Shown here: positions 52,317-63,419 of the stretch, piece after piece
How the letters are laid out: every line of letters starts with the position of its first letter
Numbering within the stretch: the stretch's first letter is position 1
From: Torpedo marmorata
Taxonomy: Eukaryota
DNA: 64,000 bases
Reading direction: 5' to 3'
Assembly (NCBI GenBank): GCA_977017645.1
Contig: OZ360233.1
Span: 18,166,001-18,230,000 of the forward strand
Made by a program: the position numbers and the translations under genes
Notes under the pieces: model-generated
What the model was told of the DNA's origin: nothing
What the model saw: only the letters and a program-made list of their open reading frames with translations
Database searches by the model: none

Positions 52317-52638
52317 GTGCGTCTGTCTGATTGGTCACCGACGTCTGACCATCTTCCTTGCTCTCCGTGTCTCCCACTTTAATCTAATAAAAGTTCGGTG
52401 ATACCCCAAGACTCACACTCCTTCTCTATCCCTCCGTTTACTCATTTACACTTTCATTCTGTGCTTACTGATCTCCCTCGCGCGATCTCTCCCGCACTCT
52501 CTCGCTCCTCGTCGCTCTCGTGCGAGGGAAACAACCCCTGTCTCCAAGAGAGGTTCTTCTGCTTCCGACGTGAGCTTGCGGCCTTTTATCGGGCGAGTAT
52601 TTGGAAAATATCGTTCTCCCGAATTTAAGCCGGGCATC

Positions 52639-53061
52639 ATATTCCTCCTGAGTAGTTGGCTGATTCTATGGGCCGTTCTGCCTGGTGAGACTGATTGACA
52701 ACTCATTTTGCGTGGATTCATGGCCATCCAGCGCCGTTCACACATTCTGTGTTGTTCCAGGGGCGAGTGGGAACGATGCAGTGACCCAAAGACCGCCGGC
52801 ACTGATAGTCGATGAAGGGCAGATCGTATCACTGATCTGCAGTTACTCGATGAGTGCCGAGGCATATTTCTGGTACATTCAACGTCCCGGAGAATCAACA
52901 AAATATTTGCTAAAAATTTACACGTCAGGAGATGTGGTTCAGTCTCACGATTTTCCGGAGAGGATATCGGGTTCCTTGGATAAACAGAGCCAGAGATTCC
53001 ACCTCAATATCTCAAAAACCTGTGAGGAGGATTCCGCCGTGTATCACTGCGCTGTGGTTTT
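52639..53061 (+). CDS. Diverged V segment D'': open V exon, proximal leader start lost (ATA)
   Basis: ATA at 52639; exon 52761-53061 open to VYHCAVV; RSS 53062-53100 CACTCTG-23-ATAAAAACT. Confidence 0.7.
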
Positions 53062-53419
53062 CACTCTGTTCCAGGGCGGTGGAGGATCCGCATAAAAACT
53101 CACCTCGAGAATTTCCATCGCTCGCTGTGGCGAGGGGATGCACTCGGTGACGGGCAGCCAGTCCTGCCCGTCCGCTCAATGGAAGAGCCAACACGACCTT
53201 CCTGGAGAGTCTGCTGAAAACGGCAACGCCGAGTTGCAGGAGATTTGTGCTCCTCAGAGCGTTTCTCTTTCTCTGCCTCCTCTGTGTCCGATTCCTTAGT
53301 TTGAGGTGGAAGGTAGGAAGTCAGGGAGAGAGAAGGAAATGGATAGCTGTTTCCAAGAATATTGTAGGAAAAGGGAAGGAGTGTTCTTGTCATGGAAATT
53401 GAGAGATTAAAAAAGTGGT

Positions 53420-55362
53420 GTTGGTAGGACAGGAGCGTGGCCCCTCGGCCTGTCCTTCCTAAAATCAACAAGCTCCTTGGTCTTGGTGTCATTAAGAAAC
53501 AGATTGTTTATACTCCAGATGTAGCTACGACCCAATCCAATAACTGCTCTTTTCGGGGTTATTGATCCAGACATAGGGAGTTTTTCTGTACCTGTTCAAC
53601 GGGTTGTGGCCTTCTCTACATTGTTGGCTTGGAGAGCCATCCCATACAAATAGAAAGATTCTAGACCTCCAACAGTGTTTCAATAGTTTTCTCATATTAT
53701 GTCTTGTTTAAGCTAAGAAAAAATTAGATATTATATATTTGATTCATCGGTGAAATTTTAAGATACATGGCGACCTTTTATGTCTTATTTTCATATGATG
53801 TAAGTGTTTCTAATGTGATTAGGTGTATTTACTCTTCCTTTGTTTTTTGATTTACGGTAGGTACCAAAAATTACAAAATATATATAACCTTCAGGATAAG
53901 CTGCTCAGCTGTTTTTCTTTAGTTGTTTTTTTTTAATAGCGTAGGTTAGGTAGGGTTTTTTTTTGAAAATAAAAAATATAATACTTTTGATTTTTTTTTA
54001 TTGTCAACTATTGCAGTGGAGGGGGTATCGAATTTATACTGTTTGAAATTTATTTTAATATATATACTTGTGTGATATTGTATTTTCAATTTCGTTCCCT
54101 TTTCTTCATTGTATTGTATTTCTTATAATAATCAATAAAAAAGATTGAAAAAGAAAGATTGTTGTTCTGGAACCACCCAACACTGGTGGAGTCGCCATCT
54201 AATTTGTAGATTGAGTTGGAGCTGAACTTGGCTGCACAGACATGGATGCCCATGTCATAGATTAGGGGACAAAGCAGGCAGCCTTGGAGTGCTCCTGTGT
54301 TGATGGTCAGCCAGGAGGAGGTGATGTCGTTGATTAGCACTGTTTGGGTCTGCCAATGAGGAAGTGAAAGATCCAGTCGCAGAGGGATGGACAGAGTTCT
54401 AGATCCTTTAGCTTGGTCATAGGCTATGCAGGTATGAGGGTGTTGAACGCCGAGCTGTAGTCAATGAAGAACAGCCCCACGAGAGTGTTTCGGTGGTCCA
54501 GGTGATTTAATGAAGAGTGGAGAGTCAGCGATATTGCGCCGTCAGTTGATCTTTTGTGGCGGTAGGTGAACTGAAGTGGGACCAGGTCCTTCCAGAGATA
54601 GGAGTAAATTCGCTCCATAACCAACCTCTGAAAACCCTTCATCAGTGTTGGTCAACTTGCTCTTATTGGGCACGTCGGGGAGGGAGGAGACTGGAAGCAA
54701 ATACACACAGAAATACCGGAGGAACACAGCCGGTCTCGTAGCGTCCATAGGAGGGACAGATATCTAACCAACATTCCGGCCTAAGCCCTTTTCCAAGGAA
54801 TAAGCAAAGCTCAGGAAGGCGTCAGAATAGAAACTGACGACTGGCAGGGGAAGGAGTCCAGAATAACAGGTGTTAATTGGATATGGATGGAGGAGAAGTG
54901 AGAATTGATTTTGGCTCTGTGAAGGGAGNNNNNNNNNNNNNNNNNNNNNNNNNNNNNNNNNNNNNNNNNNNNNNNNNNNNNNNNNNNNNNNNNNNNNNNN
55001 NNNNNNNNNNNNNNNNNNNNNNNNNNNNNNNNNNNNNNNNNNNNNNNNNNNNNNNNNNNNNNNGCGATGGGAGGAAGAACAACGGGGGATGTTTAACGAA
55101 AAATTGAGAAGTCGATGTTCATGCGATACGGTTGGAGGTAGCCCAGACGGAAGATGAGGTGTTGTTCCTCCAATTTGCACGTGGTCACAGTCTGGCCGTG
55201 CATGAGACCACGGACAGACATATCAGAAAGTGAGTGGATCGGCGAATTGAAATGGGTGGCCACTGGGAGAATCACGCGTTTGCGGCGGAGAGAGCCGAGG
55301 TGCTCAACAAAGCGATCTCAGAGTCTGCGCCCAGTGTTTGCGATGTAGAGGAGACAAGAGCA
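53420..55362. mobile_element. TE block copy (Rex1/L1/Penelope-like); N gap 54929-55063
   Basis: Collinear with 6455-8475. Confidence 0.75.
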
Positions 55363-55593
55363 GACTGGAAACGGAGCATGGGCGGGAAGGGCAGAGAAAG
55401 ACAACCAGAGAGACTGCATTTAGACCTGCTCGTTTATATTGGTTCCAGCGCAGCGTCATCCAGAGGGAATGACCAATCCTGTGCGAGGGAAAGCCACCAA
55501 TCTCGGAGCGGCTGCTGCTGCTGACGTGAAGTTGTAAATATAGTAGGACAAGATGTGAGAAAATATTGTTCTTTTGACCTTCATTCGAGCATC

Positions 55594-56023
55594 ATGTCCC
55601 TCAAGAGGTACCTGCTGATTGTATGGGCCATTCTGGCAGGTGAGTCTCTGTCTGATCAGTCAGTGCGTCCCGCGGATTCAGCGCAATCCCGTGCCGCTCA
55701 CACACTCCGTGTTTCATTCCAGGCACGAGTGGGGAGGAATCCTTGACCCAAGTATCGCCGGAAATGACGGCCGAGGAAAGACAGACCGTGCCACTGAGCT
55801 GCAGTTACTCGACGAGTCACACCGCATATTTGTGGTACCTTCAACATCTTGGAGAACCTCCCAAATATTTGCTGAAAATGTACAGCTCGGGAGAAGTGGT
55901 TCCGTCTCACGATTGTCCGGATCGGATGTCGGGTACTTTGGAGAAAAAGAACCAGCGCTTTCACTTGACTATCTCTGGGGCTCTTGTGGAGGACTCCGCC
56001 ATGTATTTCTGCGCCGTGAGGCC
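55594..56023 (+). CDS. V segment A6, potentially functional
   Basis: Leader 55594-55639, intron 55640-55722, open V exon to YFCAVR; RSS 56024-56062. Confidence 0.88.
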
Positions 56024-56772
56024 CACACTGTTCCTGGGCGATGACGTATCCGCACAAAAACTCGATTTGAGAATGAGGAAGGTGCCGAGCAGCGCCGCGA
56101 TTTACCCTTGCGTGAGCAAAGGCGTTTCTCTTCCTCCCCGTTCCGAGCAAAACGGGGATCAATGTGAACAGCGTTTAACCAGAGGGAAGCGGAGACAGGA
56201 AATGAAGGTAAAGAGAGTTAGCGAGAGACTGATATAAATCGAGAGAGAGAGGAAGAGAGGGATTATGTTGAGCAGTGAGAGAGAGAGGGAGTGAATGGGA
56301 GGGACGTGATGGACGAAGAGAGACGAAACCGCAGGGAGGGTGACAGAGAGCGGTACTGAGAGAGAGTATGACAGTGAGTGAATGAGGGATACATTGAGCG
56401 AGGCAGATGGGTAGTGAGCGGGAGTGGGTTTAGAGAGAGAGAGAGCGACTGAGCGAAAGCGAGAGCGAGAGAGCGAGAGCGAGAGAGCGAGAGAGAGAGA
56501 GAGAGAGGGAGAGAGAGAGAGAGAGGGCGAGAGCGAGAGAGAGTGAGAGATGTGGAGTATACAGAGAGGCGGAGAAACGCGAGGACGGAGAATGGGAGAC
56601 GGTCGGCATTACCAACCTGCTCAATGGTAGCGTCAACCTGACCCAACAAGAAATGCTGTGCGACGAAAACGGCCGGTGCGTCCCACGGGGTTGGATGCTC
56701 CTGACTTCACCCCATCTCGTATATCGGGGTAACAAGAGGAAATATTTTTCTTTTGACTAACATTCGGGCACC

Positions 56773-57218
56773 ATGTACCCCCTGATTTGTTTGCTGACTC
56801 TTTCGGCCGTTCTGCCTGGTGAGTGTCTGTCTGGCTTGTGAGCGCGTGACCGCCCGGTTCAGTGATTCGTGTTTCGTTCTAGAGATGATTGGGGAAGATT
56901 CAGTAACTCATGGACAACCGGAACGCATGGCAGAGGAATTACAGACCGTGTCACTGAGTTGCAGTTACTTGATGAGTACCTTCGCACATTTTTGGTACAT
57001 TCAATATCCTGGAGAACCTCTCAAATTTTACTGAAAATGTACAGCTGCGGCGATGTGGTTACGCCTCAAGATTGCGGAAGAAGTTGTCGGGTTTCTTTGA
57101 GACAAAGAGCCAGAGGATTCTCTTGACAGTCTACGGGACGCTTGAGTCGGAATCCGCCGTGTATATCTGCGTCGTGAAGCCCACTATTCCAGAGCGATGG
57201 CGGGTCCGTATAAAACGA
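56773..57218 (+). pseudogene. V pseudogene B6 (least decayed B)
   Basis: Leader and TTCTAG acceptor intact; frameshift in FR2 gives TGA at ~57032; degenerate RSS. Confidence 0.8.
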
Positions 57219-58102
57219 AATCGAAATGGGCAGTGCCACCAGGGGGCGTGCTCTTCCCCCAACACAGTGCGGACCAGTGCACAGGACGGAGTCGGCAACT
57301 GTGCCTCCGGGCGAGAGTCGTCTCTAAAATGCAGCGCCGAGGTTTAGCCTCGCGTGATCAAGGACGTTTGTCTCACTCACTGTTACAAGGCGGAGGGGAG
57401 GAATTCAGAGAAAAGCGCAGAATCTGGTGGTCCGCCTTTTGCGAGAGAGGGGAAGAGACAGGATCTGCTGAGATAGGGAGTGAGCGAAAGGGTGAAAGAA
57501 GTTCAGAGAGTAAGAAGGTGAGGAGTGAGAAAGAGTGAATGAAAGGGAGAGATCGTGATTGACGAAGTGAGATATCACAGGAGGGAGGCAGTGGGGAGGG
57601 AGTGGTAAGTAAAGAAGAGTGTGAAAATTATTTAATGAAGGAGACATTGACAGTGCAAGAGCGGGAGAGGGACAGAGGGAATGTGTGACAGTGGGAGAAA
57701 GAGATTGAAGGGAGGGGAGAGATTGGCAATGCTCTCGAAAGATTAAATAAGTGTAAGACACAGTCGCGTAGAGTTAGGAAGCGTAACAGAACGCGAGAAG
57801 GGGCGTGAGGGTGCAGTAAAACGAGTGAAGGTGATGGAAAGGGCGGAGTGAGAGAGAAGAAAATAGAGACGTGGGGAGTGTAAATATAGGTGGAGAAACA
57901 CGTCCGAAAAAGTCGGAGAATGAGACACGGCCAACATTAACAACCAGTTTTCATTGGTTCTACAACGGCGCTCTCTTGAGCCCATGTGCGAGGAGGGCGC
58001 CCTCCTGTGTATCCTCGAGGACGGGCTGCTACTAACGAGACCCCACTGTCTTATATCGGGGCAGAATATGGAAATATTCGGCTGTTCACCTTCATTCTGG
58101 GT

Positions 58103-58249
58103 TCCTCACCATCCAGTAGTTTGCTGATTCTTTGGGCCGTTCTGCTTGGCGAGTCTTTGTCTGATTGGTCAGCGCGTGTCCCTCCCGGCTCAGCGCAATT
58201 CCTCACATATCACACTGTTTCTGGGATATTGCGGAGACGCACAAAAGTT
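58103..58249 (+). pseudogene. C8 relic: V exon deleted, RSS retained
   Basis: Intron ...CATAT joined to RSS 58211-58249 CACACTG-23-ACAAAAGTT. Confidence 0.8.
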
Positions 58250-58669
58250 CATTTTGAGATGGGAAGTGGTTTGAGAGAAAACGGCAGAAAGAAGACGGGA
58301 GAGCGTGTTAAGTATTGCGAAAAGTTAAGCAGGTGAAAACGTGAGACAGAGTGAGGTAGATAAATAGAACGAAAGAAGGGGAGTGAGAGTGGATTCACTG
58401 AAAGGGAGGGAGGAGATACACAGCTGGAAGGAGAAAGATGCGGGGAATGTACAGATAGAGTGTGCAATATGCGTGAACGACGGGGAATGATATGCAGACT
58501 GTCTTATCAACTCGTTCTGATTGGTTCACGAATGGCCACACGAACCAATCCTGTGTGAGGGAAACACTCACATATCTGTCCTTGCCGTTGGTTCGCTCAT
58601 AATATCGCCCCACCCCTTGTATAGCGGTAACACAAAGTAATATTCGATTTTGACCTTAAACCGCGTACC

Positions 58670-58715
58670 ATGTCCTCCCTGAGTTGTTTGCTGATTCTGT
58701 GGGCCGTTCTGACTG
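58670..58715 (+). other. Orphan/upstream leader exon L0-8
   Basis: MSSLSCLLILWAVLT+G, GTGAGT donor. Confidence 0.8.
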
Positions 58716-59050
58716 GTGAGTCTGTCTGATTGGTCAGCGACGTCTGTCCATCGTCCTTGCTCTACGAGTCTCCCTCTTTAACTTAATAAAAGGTAGAGAA
58801 TTCCCCCAAGTCATACCCTCTCCGTCGCACGTTCTCCCACCGTTTACTCATTTACACACTCTCTGTTTAATGAACTTCCTCACGGTCGCTCTGTCGATCT
58901 ATCTCTCTCTCTCTCGCTCCTCGCCGTTCTCGTGAGAGGGAAACGGCCCGTGTCTCCAACAAAGTGTCTGCTGCTGCCGACGTGAATTTGCGCCCTTCTA
59001 TCGGGCGAACATTTGTAAAATATCCTTCCTTCGAATTTAATCCACGCATC

Positions 59051-59476
59051 ATGTTCCTCCTTAGTTGTTATCTGATTCTATGGGCCGTTCTGCCTTGTGA
59101 GACTGATTGATCAACACGTGTCCCGCTGGGTCAGCGGCGTTTCGCGCCGTTCACACATTCTGTCTTTTGTTCCAGGGGCGAGTGGGAACGATTCGGTGAC
59201 CCAAGAACCCCCGGAATTGATTGTCAATGAAGGACAGATCGTATCACTGAGCTGCAGTTACTCGATGAATCCCAATGCATATTTCTGGTACATTCAACGT
59301 CCTGGAGAATCTCCCAAATATTTGCTGAAAATCTATGCGTCAGGAGATGTGGTTCCGTCGCTCGATTGTCCGGAGAGGATAACGGGTTCATTGGAGAAAA
59401 AGAGCCAGACATTCCACCTCAATAACTCGAAAACCCGTGTGGAGGATTCTGCCGTGTATCTCTGCGCCGTGGAGCT
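59051..59476 (+). CDS. V segment D8, potentially functional
   Basis: Leader 59051-59096 (donor T|GTGAGA), intron 59097-59175, open V exon; RSS 59477-59515. Confidence 0.8.
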
Positions 59477-59965
59477 CACACTGTTCCAGGGCGGTGGCAG
59501 ATCCGCACAAAAACTCATCTCGAGACATTGAACCGGACCCTATGGCTAGGGGGCGCTCTCGGCCACGCAATGGAAGCGAATACACGACCTTCCTGGAGAG
59601 TCTGCTGCAACGCCGAGATGCAGGAGATTTCCCCTCCTCTGAGCGTTTCTCTTTCTCTGCGTCCTCTGTGTCTGATGCCGTAATTTGATGTAGAAGGTAG
59701 GAAGTCACGGAGAGAGGAAGAAACGGATAGCTGTTTGCCAGAATGAAAATGAAGGAGTGTTTGTTAGATGGAAATTGAGAGGTTAAAAAAGCGGTAAACC
59801 GCGCGGGTGGGTGTGACCGGTAGGTGATCCTTCGGCCTCTCCTTCCCAAAATCAACAACAAGCTCCTTGGTCTTGGCGAAAATAAGAACAAAATTATTGT
59901 TCTCCAACCACGAAGCCAGGTTCACCATCTCCATTCTGCATTCTGACTCATCTTTTCCAATTATT

Positions 59966-61449
59966 ATCGAGCGGCACAAATGCGATTTGTTGCATATTTT
60001 TTTGAAACTGAAGTGGGTTGGAATAGAACTAGGAGAAATAGGAGAAAAGAAACCACAAGAATGCATATACAAATGGAATTCAAAACTGCTGACTGGGGTT
60101 AAAGAAACGCCGTTATTAAATCATTTGATTAATGCTTGGAATAAAGTTAATGATGACATAGGGTTGAAAGGAAGTATATCACCCAAAAGGCCTTTGATAC
60201 AGAATAATCTGATACCATTTACAAAAGATAATCAAATTTTAAATACTTGGTCATTAAAAGGAATAAAGAAGATAGAAGATTGTTATGAAGGAAATCAAAT
60301 GATGTCATTTGTACAATTACGGAATAAATATGGAATACCTAATAATACACTTTTTTGTTATTTTCAATTAAGAGGTTATTTAAGAGAAAACGTAGGTCCA
60401 GACTTGTTGTTACATGATTGTAGTGAGGTAGAAACTCTTATTAGGAAAGGAAATACTAAGAAATTTACTTCTATAGTGTATTCTTTGCTACAAAGGGGAG
60501 CTTTAAAACGAGGACTTCATAAATCTAGACAAAGATGGGAACAAGATCTTAATGTTATAATTGATGAAAAAAGGTGGTCGGACCTATGTTTAGATAGTAT
60601 GACTAATACTGTTAATGTAAGATATAGATTGGTACAATATAACATTTTACATCAATTATATCTTACACCACAAAAATTGAACAAGATAAAGTCTACGATA
60701 TCAAATGGATGCTTTAGATGTGGTGAAGAAGAGGGAACTTTTTTACATTCAACGTGGTCATGTTCAAAAGTTAAAGGTTTTTGGATAGAGTTAGGAAATC
60801 GGTTAAAACAAATTACAGGTGTTACATTTCCACAGAATCCTGACTTATTTTTATTGGGAAACGTGGAAGGAACTCGACCAAAATTGAAGTTATCTACATG
60901 GCAATTGAAATTTGTTAAAATTGCATTAGCAGTAGCAAGGAAATGTATAGCAGTAACCTGGAAATCGGATACAAATTTAAGTATGGATAGATGGAATTCA
61001 GAGATGCAGAGTTGTATTCCATTGGAAAGAATAACATATAATATGAGGAATAAATATGGGGTATTTTTGCAAATTTGGCGTCCATTTATCCAATTATTAG
61101 GAATGAATATTTAAATGTGTTGCCCTACATCCTAGACCTTACTGACTCTCTTAAATTTAAATTTAAAGAACGAACATTGTTGAATATCTTGCACCGAGCC
61201 GTGGACCCGTACAGATATTTTTCTTCCTCTATCTTTCTTTTCTTATTTTTAGTAAGGGGAGGGAATAAGGGATGGGAAGGGTGGAGGGTGGGTTGTTTTA
61301 GTGAGGGTGGGTTTAGATGGGGTTATAATCACGGTAATACGAATTTTGTATGTATTGAATTTATTAATGTTTATTATGTACCTTGTACTATTCTGTATTA
61401 TTGTGAAAAATTTGAAAATTTAAAATAAAATATAAAAAAAAAACGAAAA
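59966..61449 (+). mobile_element. 5'-truncated L1-clade LINE (different subfamily)
   Basis: Uninterrupted ORF to 61114 with CFRCGEEEGTFLHSTWSC; G-rich UTR, AATAAA, poly(A). Confidence 0.85.
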
Positions 61450-62045
61450 AACAAGCTCCTTGGTCTTGATAACACTAAGAACAAAATTGTTGTTCTCGAA
61501 CGACCCAACCAGGTGCTCTATATCCATTCTGCATTCTGACTCATCTTTTCCAGTTATTTGGCCAAGACTGGTGGTGTCTTCAGCTAATTTGAAGATTGAG
61601 TTGGGGCTGAACTTGGCTGAACGGTCAATTGGTGCACATGGCAGAGATTGAAGGGAGGGGAGCGATAGGCACTGCTCTCGTAAGATTAAATAATTGTAAG
61701 ACGGAGTCGCGTAGAGGTAGGAAGCTTAACAGAACGCGAGAAGGGGCGTGAGGGTGCAGGAAAACGAGTGAAGGTGATGGAAAGGGCGGAACGAGAGAAA
61801 AGAAGAGAGAGACGTGGGGAGTGTAAATATAGGTGGAGAAACACGTCCGAAAAAGACGGAGAATGAGAAACGGCCAACATTAACAACCAGTTTTCATTGG
61901 TTCTACAACGGCGCTCTCTTGAGCCCATGTGCGAGGAGGGCGCCTTCCTGTGTATCCTAGAGGACGGGCTGCTACTAACGAGACCCCACTGTCTTATATC
62001 GGGGCAGAATATGGAAATATTCGGCTGTTCACCTTCATTCTGGGT

Positions 62046-62192
62046 TCCTCACCATCCAGTAGTTTGCTGATTCTTTGGGCCGTTCTGCTTGGCGAGTCTT
62101 TGTCTGATTGGTCAGCGCGTGTCCCTCCCGGCTCAGCGCAATTCCTCACATATCACACTGTTTCTGGGATATTGCGGAGACGCACAAAAGTT
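62046..62192 (+). pseudogene. C9 relic: V exon deleted, RSS retained
   Basis: Same junction as C8; RSS 62154-62192. Confidence 0.8.
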
Positions 62193-62612
62193 CATTTTGA
62201 GATGGGAAGTGGTTTGAGAGAAAACGGCAGAAAGAAGACGGGAGAGCGTGTTAAGTATTGCGGAAAGTTAAGCAGGTGAAAACGTGAGACAGAGTGAGGT
62301 AGATAAATAGAACGAAAGAAGGGGAGTGAGAGTGGATTCTCTGAAAGGGAGGGAGGAGATACACAGCTGGAAGGAGAAAGATGCGGGGAATGTACAGATA
62401 GAGGGTGCAATATGCGTGAAGGACGGGGAATGATATGCAGACTGTCTTATCAACTCGTTCTGATTGGTTCACGAATGGCCACACGAACCAATCCTGTGTG
62501 AGGGAAACACTCACATATCTGTCCTTGCCGTTGGTTCGCTCATAATATCGCCCCACCCCTTGTATAGCGGTAACACAAAGTAATATTCGATTTTGACCTT
62601 AATCCGCGTACC

Positions 62613-62658
62613 ATGTCCTCCCTGAGTTGTTTGCTGATTCTGTGGGCCGTTCTGACTG
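62613..62658 (+). other. Orphan/upstream leader exon L0-9
   Basis: MSSLSCLLILWAVLT+G, GTGAGT donor. Confidence 0.8.
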
Positions 62659-62993
62659 GTGAGTCTGTCTGATTGGTCAGCGACGTCTGTCCATCGTCCT
62701 TGCTCTACGAGTCTCCCTCTTTAACTTAATAAAAGGTATACGATTCCCCCGAGTCATACCCTCTCCGTCGCACGTTCTCCCACCGTTTACTCATTTACAC
62801 ACTCTCTGTTTAATGAACTTCCTCACGGTCGCTCTGTCGATCTATCTCTCTCTCTCTCGCTCCTCGCCGTTCTCGTGAGAGGGAAACGGCCCGTGTCTCC
62901 AACAAAATGTCTGCTGCTGCCGACGTGAATTTGCGCTCTTCTATCGGGCGAACATTTGTAAAATATCCTTCCTTCGAATTTATTCCACGCATC

Positions 62994-63419
62994 ATGTTCC
63001 TCTTTAGTTGTTATCTGATTCTATGGGCCGTTCTGCCTTGTGGGACTGATTGATCAACACGTGTCCCGCGGGGTCAGCGGCGTTTCGCGCCGTTCACACA
63101 TTCTGTCTTTTGTTCCAGGGGCGAGTGGGAACGATTCAGTGACCCAAGAACCCCCGGAACTGATTGTCAATGAAGGACAGATCGTATCACTGAGCTGCAG
63201 TTACTCAATGGTTCCCAATGCATATTTCTGGTACATTCAACGTCCTGGAGAATCTCCCAAATATTTGCTGAAAATCTATGCGTCAGGAGATGTGGTTCCG
63301 TCGCTCGATTGTCCGGAGAGGATATCGGGTTCATTGGACAAAAAGAGCCAGACATTCCACCTCAATAACTCGAAAACCCTTGTGGAGGATTCTGCCGCGT
63401 ATCTCTGCGCCGTGGAGCT
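62994..63419 (+). CDS. V segment D9, potentially functional (weak proximal donor)
   Basis: Leader 62994-63039 (donor T|GTGGGA), intron 63040-63118, open V exon; RSS 63420-63458. Confidence 0.78.

Noticed and set aside
8006-55063. Four N runs (8006-8179, 20715-20844, 34208-34357, 54929-55063) as hidden features
   Set aside because: All fall at the position of the (GA)n/(GATA)n tract that is resolved at ~1490-1600 and ~27660-27790; they are gaps or masking.
59867-61114. 415-aa ORF as a host gene
   Set aside because: Chance in-frame fusion of antisense Rex1 sequence to an L1 ORF2 C-terminus.
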